A stretch of DNA of 64,000 bases. It comes from Squalus acanthias. Its lineage: Eukaryota. A program made the translations under genes and the position numbers. The stretch lies in assembly GCA_030390025.1 (NCBI GenBank), contig CM059432.1, positions 16,370,001 through 16,434,000 of the forward strand, given 5' to 3'. The first letter of the stretch is position 1, and each line of letters starts with the position of its first letter. Of the stretch, positions 1 through 11,970 are shown piece by piece. The notes under the pieces are model-generated. The model saw nothing but the letters and a program-made list of their open reading frames with translations, was not told the origin of the DNA and made no database searches.

Positions 1-2014
1 CTCTTTGACCAAGCTTTTGGCCACCTGTCATAACTTGTGGCTCAGTGTCAAATTTTGTTTCATAGCGCTCCTATGAATCACCTTGGGCTGTTTTACTACA
101 TTGAAGGCGCTATATAAAAGTAGTTAGTTGGAGTGCTACCACTGAGCCATGGCTGACACTTAAGGTCTCAACTTTATTTTCCATTGATAACCTAATGGGG
201 GAAACCTAAGATCCGTATACAGTAGCACTTACTCTAATCTTATGGTAGCAATCCTGTGTTAGCTATTTCCTTGAAATACACCTGCAATCTGGAGAAAGTC
301 ACAAATGCATTTTTGCTGCAGTCTAAACACTAATTTTTTTTGCCTTGGAGAGAGGAGTAAAGGAGTAATGCAAGCCAACGAGGATAATGTTGCCCAACAA
401 TCATTGTATATGGCAAGCACACATGGAAAATTTACAATTGCCTTATACACATACCAATACATCCCAGCTCTACCCGTGTGCCATCACCCTAAACTCCATA
501 ATCACAATTGCTTGCTCAGATCACTTGCTATCATGAAATCATGGACGAGCCAAAACATCTCCAACTGAACAGCAACAAAAAGCACAACCATTGCAATGAC
601 TGAATTCCCCTCCTAAATTGCTCGCTTCGGCTGGACCTAATAATGCACTCGAAGTTAAGATTCAAACACCATAATTATCCTTCACTAAGACCGCTTACTT
701 CCACCTCCATAACATTGCCCACTTTTACTGGAACCCTTCGTACCTTCCAGCTTGACTTTTCCAACACCCGTCTCACTGGTGTCCAGAGCTCTATCTACCC
801 TAACAAGCTCCAACTCATCCAAAGCTCCACCACCAATGCACAATTTAAAAATCCTTTTTTATATAAACACAAATCCCTTCATGGTCTTACTTCAATCTAT
901 CTTAGCAACCTCCTCCAGCCCTACCTCTCAACCTGTGCCTCTTCAGTCTTGACTCTGGCCTCTTGTGCACAAATCCCTCCCTCCACTCTACCAGTGGTGG
1001 CACACCCTTCAGTCAGCTTAGTCCTTCTCTCTGGAACTTCCTCCTTGAGCCCCTCCGCCCCACCTGCATATATTCCTCCAAATCTGAGCTCTTATTGCTT
1101 TAGCATCAATTATTCCTTTGTGGAGAACCATGGAATGTTTGCTTGGCAGTATGCAAGTGCAAGCTGCTGTTGTGCCATCACAACTCCACAATCCAAACAT
1201 CATGGCTTGTATGCAAAACAGTTACATCCCTTCTAACCTCTCTTGTGCAACAAACAGAATATGCACGAAAAGCCACTTGTGAAACTGATCAGAACATAGT
1301 TATCAAGTAAGCTCACTCCTAGGATACAATCCATGTCCCATAGTTCATACTGTCTATAAAAGCAGCTGTGAAATCACCATGCAATGAAGGCAGGAATAAT
1401 ATTTTACATAGTGCAGGTGAGTTCTCTGCTGAGATGGAGGTTCAAGGAATTTCATTTGAGACAATACAGTAGGTTAAACGAACCACAAAAAGCATCTAGA
1501 AAGTAAGATACCTGAATAGAAATCAGGTACAGCCAGTCTAATCAACTTGGTTGTTGCAAATACATTCCATAGATGATGATGCATGTCTTTAATCTGACCT
1601 CAGTAAAAGTGGGATCTTACTTTCACTTTAGATTTGAAATGTGTTCTTGAATGAGTACCACAAATGTTTAAACCCAGACTTGGGACTTATAGGTTTTTAC
1701 AGAAGCCACACAACATTTGGCTTTTCAACAATGGTGTACAAAATACAAGTATTTCTCTCGTAAGAGGAAAGGAATACTTCCTTTGATGCAATTCACAACA
1801 CTTTTTTCACAACGGTTCACAATGCCTACTAGCTATCTGTCTCCCATTTTGCAAATATATAAATTACAATATTTACAAGACTGTGGTGACAGAAAACCAG
1901 CACTCTACATTTTTCAAACCTCTGCATATTAAAAGGCAATATTTGGGCTGACCTAATGTAAGGGTAAGCACTCAGTGCTTTACCATTTGAAGTTCATAAC
2001 TTAATTTTACTCAC

Positions 2015-2135
2015 CCTGTCTCGCCCTATAGGAAGAGGCATTGCAGTGTAGAGGTTCTTCCTTCCATCAAACACCGGTTTCCGGTCACCAAAAATCTGAT
2101 TTTTAAAATGTTGAACCATATGTTCAACAATTTCC
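2015..2135 (-). CDS. AGO2: Argonaute-2(-like) coding exon 3, 121 nt ([40 protein letters not shown]); gene continues beyond the left edge of the window
   Basis: Acceptor ttcag, donor AGG|GTGAGT. The peptide is nearly identical to human AGO2 [40 protein letters not shown]. Confidence 0.96.
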
Positions 2136-2269
2136 CTGAAAAGTAAAATAATTATTTCACTTCTGCAGCTAACTGGATATATGCATCTTTTATCCAAGCA
2201 TATATAAAAAATGTCCCAAACTGGCTTAATTCACTCCTATTGTACAAATTCTTAATCCAAGCACAAAAT

Positions 2270-2435
2270 GTTTAACGTCTCATCCGAAAGACAGCACTTC
2301 CAACTGTGCAGCACTCCGTCAATACTGCACTGTAGTGTCAGCCTAGATTTTTGTACTCCAGCCTCTGGAGTGGGACTTGAACCCACAACCTTCTGACTCA
2401 GAGGCGAGAGTGCTACCCACTGAGCCACAGCTGAT
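2270..2435 (-). mobile_element. SINE 5' fragment (same family as 37340)
   Basis: Reverse-complement match to the head of the 37340 copy. Confidence 0.8.
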
Positions 2436-4029
2436 CACCTCCATTTACAGGAGTGTGTCCAATTTAATAGCAAATTTTCAAATTGTTACCAAAATTTGGA
2501 TCGTGCCAGTACCGTACTATTTTGCAATATATCCTGATGTTCAAGCTATGTATTGTTACTACATTGAACTACAGCCTCTTTTACCCTCAATTCTATACGG
2601 CCTAGTTGTACTTGCACAAGATATTGCACCTCCCTCCACTGACGGCACTACTACAAACATTTTCTAACAAAAGAATTTGAACAGAAGAGTTAAAAGCTTG
2701 TGGTATAAATGCAGTGTCACTATGTATTATTTAGAATATTACTTGTCTGTCATGTATGGCGAATTTGTCAGCTTAATCATAGTCAACGTCAATTTATTTT
2801 TCATTATTATAAATGGTTCAGTGTCTGTATTCTTTTCCTTTCTTGCTGATTATTTTCTACTTTCATTATAACAGGTCAATCTGCCATGGCATTGCACTTA
2901 GGAAGTCAAGATCAAGTACAGTCTTTGGAGTGAGAGAGCAGGGATGAAGGAACCAGGTTACGTAGACTTAATTCAATCCCCATTTTAAAGTCATACATTC
3001 TGGGAGGAAAGGAATGCTTGCTACCCTGGGTGTTCCAATTTATTTATCCGGTGAGATGAAAGATCATACCTCAGGAGCAGGGAATTTTAACAGAGTACAA
3101 GTTCCATTCAAGAACAGCTTTCCAGCTTGAGAGAAAACAATGTTTTAATCAATTTATTGTTCAATATTTAGTACTTCTGCCTTTGGGTGGTTTTGGATTG
3201 CTACAGTTAACGTGATATAAATGTGGCAAATGCGTTAGGAATCAGTGTCATGTGAAATCCAGATTTAATGTGGTATAGATTTATGCCTAATGCATTTGGC
3301 ACGTTAAGAGTATTAACACAAGGACAGGGCTAGGATGAGGGAGAGGGGCAGGCAGGGAAGAAACAATAATAAAAAAATTAATGTATTCTAATTTTTAACA
3401 GTGAAGAAGAAACAGAGGCCTCAGAGACTCTAAAAAGAAACAAACTAGCTAAAGTTAAAATTAAACTTAAAAAAAGTATGAGGAAAAGGATAAAAACTGA
3501 AAGCAAAACTTACGCAAAAGGAAAATAAGATGGCTTTGTACCCACTCTGAACATCCTCATTGTTTCAGAGAGGGACAATAAGGATGTTCAGACTGGGCAG
3601 GAAAGTTTCCGAGCAGCCAGAATGTGCAATTATAACAAGTTTACATAGGCAAATCCCATACTAAATGTGGATGGATGAAATTATAAATGGGAAAAAGTTG
3701 ACATAGACAGTAACAGCACAGAAATCCAATCAGCTCATCTTTTCTAGAGCACTCTAAATCTAATCTCACTGGCATTTATCTTCCTCTGCTTCAAGTGTTT
3801 ATCCATTGCCCTACAAGACTGATGATCATGATAATGTTCAAGCAACCAGACCACAATTCCCAGAAGCCATTGTACAGCACTAGATTTCCCTGCCTCTACC
3901 CTAAGCAGCCCCAGGCCCCATACTTGCTCCTTTTTTCCTGGCCTTAACCACAATGTGGCTACTTCCCACTCATAGAAGCCCCACTCTCCTGATTTGCAAG
4001 TCCCCCCACCCAAACTGCTGTTATTCCTC

Positions 4030-5030
4030 ACATAAGCCCCACTACTCCTGCCACTATCTCTCTCGCTCTCTCTCTCTCAATATTAGCCCCACTCCTGCCA
4101 CTCTCTCTCAATATTAGCCCCACTCCTGCCACTCTCTCTCAATATTAGCCCCACTCCTGCCACTCTCTCTCTCTCAATATTAGCCCCACTCCTGCCACTC
4201 TCTCTCTCAATATTAGCCCCACTCCTGCCACTCTCTCTCTCAATGTTAGCCCCACTCCTGCCACTCTCTCTCTCAATGTTAGCCCCACTCCTACCACTCT
4301 CTCTCAATATTAGCCCCACTCCTGCCACTCTCTCTCTCTCAATATTAGCCCCACTCCTGCCACTCTCTCTCTCAATATTAGCCCCACTCCTGCCACTCTC
4401 TCTCTCTCAATATTAGCCCCACTCCTGCCACTCTCTCTCTCAATGTTAGCCCCACTCCTGCCACACTCTCTCTCAATGTTAGCCCCACTCCTGCCACTCT
4501 CTCTCAATATTAGCCCCACTCCTGCCACTCTCTCTCTCTCAATATTAGCCCCCTCCTGCCACTCTCTCTCTCAATATTAGCCCCCTCCTGCCACTCTCTC
4601 TCTCAATATTAGCCCCACTCCTGCCACTCTCTCTCTCAATATTAGCCCCCTCCTGCCACTCTCTCAATATTAGCCCCCTCCTGCCACTCTCTCTCTCAAT
4701 ATTAGCCCCACTCCTGCCACTCTCTCTCTCTCTCAATATTAGCCCCCTCCTGCCACTCTCTCTCTCAATATTAGCCCCCTCCTGCCACTCTCTCTCTCAA
4801 TATTAGCCCCACTCCTGCCACTCTCTCTCTCTCAATATTAGCCCCACTCCTGCCACTCTCTCTCTCTCAATATTAGCCCCCTCCTGCCATTCTCTCTCTC
4901 AATATTAGCCCCACTCCTGCCACTCTCTCTCTCTCTCTCAATATTAGCCCCACTCCTGCCACTCTCTCTCTCTCTCAATATTAGCCCCACTCCTGCCACT
5001 CTCTCTCTCAATATTAGCCCACTCCTGCAA
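4030..5030. repeat. Minisatellite, unit CAATATTAGCCCC(A)CTCCTGCCA(CT)n, about 30-40 bp, roughly 30 copies, in AGO2 intron 2
   Basis: Direct tandem repetition visible in the sequence. Confidence 0.97.
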
Positions 5031-5326
5031 TCCAATCCAGGCCTCATTGCCACCACTGCTTCAGGTCCTGCACCAGACACAGACTTTACTGTTCACTTTT
5101 TCCTTCCTTCTGGTCCCACGCATGCTCAGGATTGGAATAATTGCTTCACAAGACTAAATTTATGGAGAATCCTCTAAGCAATCTTTTAACACCAAGATCC
5201 TGAAAAGAGCGGTAAAAATTATGGTTAACAAGTACTCAAGCAGCAGAAATTTCCCATTCAGGAAACTTATGTTAAAACATAATTGACACTATTTCATATT
5301 TCAAAATTAACATTATTTCATATTAC

Positions 5327-5516
5327 CTGTTTACTCTTCTTGGGCATTTATCTGGTTTTATGTCTATATCATAATGGTAGATTTCAATTTTTGGAATGTC
5401 CACCTCAAAGAAGTTGGCCTGCAGCTTGATTGGTCGACCCATAGTGCCAAAATCAGGTCTCACAGGTGGTTTGAAAGTTGACAGTGTCTGCACTGGCGGC
5501 GTTGGGGAAGATGGAT
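5327..5516 (-). CDS. AGO2: Argonaute-2(-like) coding exon 2, 190 nt ([64 protein letters not shown])
   Basis: Acceptor tttctctgctag, donor AG|GTAATA. Translation matches the Argonaute N-terminus (AGO2 [23 protein letters not shown]...KCPRRVNR). Phases fit exons 1 and 3. Confidence 0.95.
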
Positions 5517-5980
5517 CTAGCAGAGAAACGCAATTGCACGAGAGAATTAAAGAGATTTTACGTATAAATCACATCTACAGTTAACTCAAAATTTCTAGTA
5601 TTTCTAGAAAGACACACAAGACTTGAATAATTCTGACCAAGCTAGGTAACTCCTGTAATAATCAGTGCGCTTTCATAGAATGAGGCCATTGTACCTGAAT
5701 TATTCAATTAGTCCCATTCCCTCGCCTCGTAAATTTTTCCATTTCAAGTAAATATTCTCTGCGTCAAGGAGAACAATTCCAGTTTCTCTAGTCTCACCAC
5801 ATAACTGAAGTCTCTCATTCCTGGTATAATTCTGGTAAATCTTCTCTGCACCCTTTCCAAGGTCTTGACATCCTTCCTAAAGCATGGTGCCCAGAATTGG
5901 ACAATATTCCAGCTGAGACCTAACCAGTGTTTTATAAAGGTTTAGCATAACCTCCTTGCTTCGTATTCTATGCCTCCGTT

Positions 5981-6075
5981 CACCTGAGGAAGGGGCGATC
6001 GATAGCTCCAAAAGCTTGTGATTTCAAATAAAACTGTTGGACTATAACCTGGTGTTGTGCGACCTCTCAATTTTG
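5981..6075 (+). mobile_element. Penelope-like terminal fragment inserted in a CR1 remnant, TSD TCCGTT
   Basis: CTGAGGA-stem-(A)AAAGCTT hammerhead-like core; TCCGTT at 5975-5980 and 6076-6081. Confidence 0.6.
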
Positions 6076-7844
6076 TCCGTTTATAAAACCAAGGATCGCA
6101 TATGCTTCAACAGCTTTATCAACTTGTCCTGCTACCGTCAAAGATTTGTGTATGTAAACCCCCAGGATTTTTGAGAACACAAACATCTAACGAACCAAAT
6201 TATGATCACATTTTAGCTTTCAACTATTAGCAACCCAACCAGCAGGGCTGTCACTCGGTTTATTGTACTGGTACAATTACACTACTTGCGTAATCCTCCT
6301 AACTCATCACCTTAAATTGCTCCCACCACCACCAGCACCAAATCTATAAGCAATATTTATCCTCATGTTACTTAGCTTCAAATGGTCTCCTCAGACATAA
6401 GGAGTTGGGAGAATAAAATCTATAATCTGACTATGTTGCTGCATATTTTCTGCAGTTCAAGTGAACATAGTATGAAATTTTAAAACTAACCATTGCACTT
6501 TACCTAAATCCTAGTTTTTTTTAAAGTCTAGAATTTGGTAACATAAAAAAATTTCACACTTGCCATTACTCTTTGCTAAAATCATTATAAATCTGAGTGC
6601 ATTTTTTTCTCTGTAGAAAAATACTAAAAATGTACATATATGGAAACAGCACTGCATAATCAACAAAAACGCACCAGTATAAAATGTGCATCAGGCAATG
6701 AGAATGCTCCACGCATAAATAGTGACTATCTCCTTCAACAGCACTCTTCACTGGTCCTTATCTAATTTTAAAGACATGCTCCTCCTAGTAGCGCCTTGCC
6801 TTATACACAACGATAAAGAAACTAGCAAGTCTGATCAAGCAAACTAAGGAATCATGGACTTCTGTTAGTGTAAACTTATCACATGGCTGTTTACACCACT
6901 GCTTAGGTTATCCTGGCCAGCAACTTATTATGTTCCCTTCCTTGATCTCACCAAGCCATACACCATCCTCTAGTCATTCATCCATCCATACATACATCAA
7001 GGGGCAGCTTATTCCCATGCTTCCACTCTGTGGATATTCACAGAAATCTAGAATATTCACTCCCTACCCATCCTTTTAAGGAAGTGGTTCGCCACTGCTC
7101 ACCCCCTTCCCCATGATAATCTGGAAAAAACTAAAGTAAATGAACAGTATAAACTATTACAGAACTACTTCTGTAGTATGATGTTTTACCAGTGCTGTGC
7201 AATGCACCCCATTTACCTTGCAGGGCAGATTTCAAGGCACCAGACAGCAATAGAAAAACAATTGTAAAAGTTCAATCTTTTGCGCACACAGTACTTGAAA
7301 AGTTGTGATCTGTAACTTTTATATTTGACCCCAAAGCTTCGGGGATGGCTGGGGCGGGGGGGGGGGGGGGGGGGGGGGGAGTCCTGAAAATGCAAACACA
7401 GTATCCCCAGACTGAGAACTGACTGAGTAGTCAAGCCTTTCTGTGGCCAGGAAAATGGCATTTGTTTGCCACTTCTGCCTCCAGAAGAGGAAACAAAGCT
7501 TCAGACAAAGCTATTGTGAATGTTGCTTACTAGTTAAAGACAGCAGAGCGAGAGACTGCAATTAACATTTCCATACAGAACGGCAAGCATTATAGATGGA
7601 GATAAATTCACAGATAAGGGACTGGTTATCAGCCCTAGGAAGATATACAGCTTAGCATAGGGCAAACTGGAGGAAGTGAATGAGAAACTTGTAGGGAAAT
7701 ATTGCTCAGGATTGAACAAAAAGTACTGCCTAGATTTTTTTAAAAACAAGCCAAATCTGACAATGGCAATTACATGTTTATTAGCCTATCAAAATGGGTA
7801 AAATAATGGAAACGATTCTAAGGAATAGGCTGGAGCAGTACCTA

Positions 7845-8035
7845 AGCAAAATACTGCGGATGCTGGAAATCTGAACTAAAAACAGAAAATGCTGGAAATA
7901 CTCAGCAGGTCAGGCAGCATCTGTGGAGAGAGAGAGAGAGAGAGAGAGTTAACGTTTCAGGTCGATCTGAAACATTAACTCTGCTTCTCTCTCCACAGAT
8001 GCTGCCTGACCTGCTGAGTATTTCCAGCATTTTTT
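7845..8035. mobile_element. Fold-back element derived from a Penelope-like terminus
   Basis: Inverted arms AAAATGCTGGAAATACTCAGCAGGTCAGGCAGCATCTGTGGAGAGAG and its reverse complement; the centre matches 48571-48615. Confidence 0.7.
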
Positions 8036-9411
8036 GTACCTATATAGCAACGACTGAATTAAAAAAATAGATTTAGAACAGTTACAGGCCATTACCCTAT
8101 TGTCTGCCAAATGTGAAACTTTAACATTTTGCTTACTCGATTTCTTTAAATGAACTACTTCTAAGGAAATCATAGAAATAAGCATCCCAGGTCTGGCTAC
8201 TAGTTTTTAAGTTCACCGAGTTTCATGGGCATTTGAGCTTCACGTACTTCATGTAAAACATCTCATCCCAAATATACATTTCAAGACTGTTTTCATTTTA
8301 CCAAGAAACAAGTGACGGTTCAGCTGATTCGACCAAAGAAATTGTCCCATTCCAAGAAACTAGGGGAAAAAAACATTCCGAAAAGGGTGGACTAACCCTT
8401 CTCTTATACAAGTACTGCACGGTTTAGTATTTTGCCTGTAGTCTTTTTACTTCTGTGAATCATTTTTAATTATTAAAATAACTTGATTAGTTTAGCCTGT
8501 AAGCAGGAGTCAAGCAATGATATTTTCTAGCTTTCAAAATGCCGAGACACAGTGGGCACTGGGCACCCTGCTTGTTCTCCAGTAACTTATCGAGATTGGA
8601 TTTAATCGTTCGAACAGGGCTACACTGAATCAGTGGCAGAAAATTTTATAAACACAGGTTTCAATACATAGTAGATGCGGTCTGCTTACGGAAATGAGCG
8701 AACTAAGAAAAAGATGTTGAAGAAAATGGCATTTGATAAGCTAGATTTTTTTTTTTAAGATGATGCTGAACAGAGTAGTGCAGGGGATATAGCGCTTGGA
8801 TCCACTGTTTCTTAACCACATCAGTTACCTGGATTCAGAAGCGAGTGCAGGTTTGTTAAATTTATGGACAGCACTAAAGTAAGGGAGCAGTAGTGACAGC
8901 TGATGTAGTCAATCTGGATTTAGATCAGTATGCATTTGGAGAGACGAATGGGAATTTAAATTTAATACTGATTAATGTACAGTATTATATATTGAGCAGA
9001 AAATGCAAAAAATAGATTTACAGTGATGAGAATAGAATTAACAAGAAAAATGCCCGGAAGTCACAATCGACCCTTTGTTTTCAATGTCGAGACCATGTGA
9101 ATAAGTAATTAAAAAATCAAATAGAATTCTGAAGATATCAACTCAGAACAATAAAGTGCAAATCTAGAGGTAATGGTAAGGTTTTATAATGCACTGCTCA
9201 GACCTCACGTGCCTTAAACTGAGTTCAAATTTTAATAAAATTCCTTTGTTGGCTATTTTAAATAAGACATGAACCATTTATTAAAAATGAGTTAGTGCAT
9301 CTGTTAAAATAGCAGATATAGGAACTTCATACAAATGAATTAACTATTTAAATGCTAAAATTCAGAGTCCAGTTTCAAAGCATTGCAGTACTACAAACAA
9401 TTTTAGTCAGC

Positions 9412-9810
9412 ATAGAAAGAACAAACTTGCCTTTATATAGTGCCTTTTACAACCTCAGAATGCCCCAATACGTTTTACGGCCAATGTAGTACTCTTGAAG
9501 TGTAGTCACTGTTGTAATGTAGGGAACCGTGGCAGCCAGTTTGCACACAGCAAGCTCCCACAAACAACAATGAGATAAATGACCAAATAATCTGTTTCAG
9601 GTGTTGGATGAGGGATACATATTGGCCAGGACACCGGGAAACTCCCCAGCTCCTCTTTGAATAAAAAGTCATTGGATCTCTTGCATCCAGCTGACAGGCC
9701 AGAAGGTGCCTCAGTTTAACGTCCCATCTGAAAGACGCCACCTCCGACAGTGCAGCGTGCCCTCAGTACTGCACTGAAGTGTCAGCTTGGATTATGTGCT
9801 CAAGTCTCGA
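9412..9810 (-). mobile_element. SINE (same family as 37340), head missing
   Basis: Reverse-complement match to the body and tail of the 37340 copy. Confidence 0.8.
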
Positions 9811-10037
9811 GTCATTTGGAGTATGTGCTCATACTTCAAATGTGACATACACTGCATTACAGGGAGTGCAGGGAAAAGCTACAAGAATTATGCCAAGTGT
9901 AAAAAGGATAAGCTTTGAGGAACGATGATAAACTTAAGCTTTACAGTTTTTACATAGAAATTTAATGGGAGGGGAAACCTCAGTGCAGAGAGGTTTAAGG
10001 AAGAACCATCAAGGTATATGAAGTATTAAACTATATA

Positions 10038-10401
10038 CAGGAAACTCTCTTTTAACCGGCACCCAAATAACCGGAAATCTCTCTTAACCGGCAAAATTCT
10101 TGAGTAGGTAACCAGGGTTTTCCTTCATCTCTCCTTTAAAAATAACTTTAAAAAAACCCCCGAGGCGTTTGCCTTGTATCGGAGCGTGTAGATTGGGAGG
10201 GGAATGTGCAGCCCGGGTAGGCAGCGGACACGACAGATGGTCAGCTGGCGGTCCCCGGGGAGACGGAGCTCCGAATGCAGGCGCAGGTCAGTGTGTACGG
10301 GGCTCTCGTACGTTGGGAGATATAACTCTCCGTTATCCGGACTTTTTGATTAACCGGCACCACGCCGGTCCCGTCGGTGCCGGTTAATAAAGAGTTTCCT
10401 G
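10038..10401. mobile_element. Tc1/mariner (Tigger/pogo-like) MITE
   Basis: TIR CAGGAAACTCTCTTTTAACCGGCACC / GGTGCCGGTTAATAAAGAGTTTCCTG flanked by a TA duplication. It sits inside a decayed CR1. Confidence 0.85.
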
Positions 10402-10914
10402 TAGATAAAGGTGAAGTCAAACTTTTACTTCAATAGAAGCTAGATCAGAAGAGGGCAGAAGCTTAAATTAAGTAACAATACATTTAAACTAATTGGGGGA
10501 AGGGGGAGACTCCTCATTCAAAGGAAGGTAAACATTTGAAATAATCTGTAAAGCAAGGCAGTTACAGTCAGCGATCGGGAAACATGTTCCACATTCGGCT
10601 GAGTAAATTCAAATATTATATGGAGCACATCTCTGCAGGAAGATTGGCCTTTTCTCATCATTAACATTTTAATGTTCTTTTGTTTTTGCATTCAAATGAG
10701 AATGTTGACATGCCTCTGATGACAAACAATAGAAATCTGAAACTTAGCTCATATCTCACTAAATTCTCCTCCTACAGTTATGGATTTTGAAGCCAAAACT
10801 GCAGCATAAATAAAATCTATGAATTGAAAAAACAAAATAATGTGCCATGAAAGTAGGGGGGGAGAGAAAGAGACCACAGATTTCCACCCATGACGATCCA
10901 AACAAAATCCTCAA

Positions 10915-11335
10915 GAATACCAGCTTGGCTCAGATGGTAGCACTTATGTCTGAATCAGAAGGTTGCGAGTTCAAGACTCACTCCAGGACTTCAGCACAAT
11001 CTAGGCTGACAATTCAGTACAGTACCAGAAGAGTGCTGTATTGTTGGAGGTGCTGTCTTTTGGAGGAGATGTTATGAGGTCCCATCAGTCTGCTCCCATG
11101 ATTCAGGTAGGCATAAAAGGACCCATGCACTAAGCAAAACATCAAAAAAATTCTCCCAGTGTGCTGACCAACATTTCTATCAACAAATAAAACTAAAAAC
11201 AGATAGCTTTGCTGTCTGTGGGATCTTGATATGCAAAATTAGTTACTGTATTTGCCTATGACTCGCTTCAAAATCAATTCATTAGTTGTGAAGTGCTTTT
11301 ACACATCCTGAGGATGTGATAAAGTGTCATAAGTT
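10915..11335 (+). mobile_element. Diverged SINE (same family as 37340)
   Basis: GGCTCAGATGGTAGCAC..GAGTTCAAGACTC head plus body similarity. Confidence 0.7.
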
Positions 11336-11529
11336 TCTTCATCCCCTTCTCCCCTGGGGAAAGTACTTGATAAATAAAGAAGCTCAGACAAAGACATTAT
11401 CCAGTGGCCACCGAGTCAGAGCAGACTGATCACATAATCGGCCATTAATGGCACATGATATGCAGACACCAACAGGAAAGAAAAGTAAAGCTAGAATTAT
11501 AAACAGCTTAAAAGAAAAGCCAAAAGGTA

Positions 11530-11970
11530 CGGTAGTGTAGTGGTTACGTTACTGGATGAGTAATCCAGAGGCCTGGGCTGATAGTCCACAGAACGCAAGC
11601 TCAAATCCTACCATGGCAGTTTGAGAATGTGAATTCAGTTTTAAAAAACACTTGGAATTAAAAAGCTAACATCAGGCAAAGTGGCCATGAAGCTGTTGGA
11701 TTGTTGTAAAAACCCAACCAGTTCACTAATGCCCTTTAGGGAAGGAAACCTGTCTGGCCTATTTGTGACTCCAATCCCACACCAATGTAGTTGACTCTTC
11801 TAACCGTCTTTTAAAGTGGCCTAGCAAGCCACTCAATTGTATTAAACCTCTATCAATGGTTCAAGGTAGCAGCTCACCACCACCTTCTCCATACAACTAG
11901 GGATGCATAATAAATGCCGGCCTTGCCAGCACGGCCCACATCCAGAGAATGAATATGGAAAAAAAAAACT
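11530..11970 (+). mobile_element. tRNA-derived SINE whose 3' tail matches the LINE at 14905-16942
   Basis: A-box-like TAGTGTAGTGG and B-box-like GCTCAAATCC; tail TGGTTCAAG..GCTCACCACCACCTTCTC..AATAAATGC..GGCCTTGCCAGCA..CCCACATCC. Confidence 0.8.

Noticed and set aside
4083..5080. Repetitive ORFs (ESGRSGANIER)n
   Set aside because: Minisatellite translation inside an intron.
7349..7380. Poly-G run as a functional G-quadruplex
   Set aside because: Simple homopolymer, with similar runs at about 38153 and 56615; no further support and its length is error-prone.
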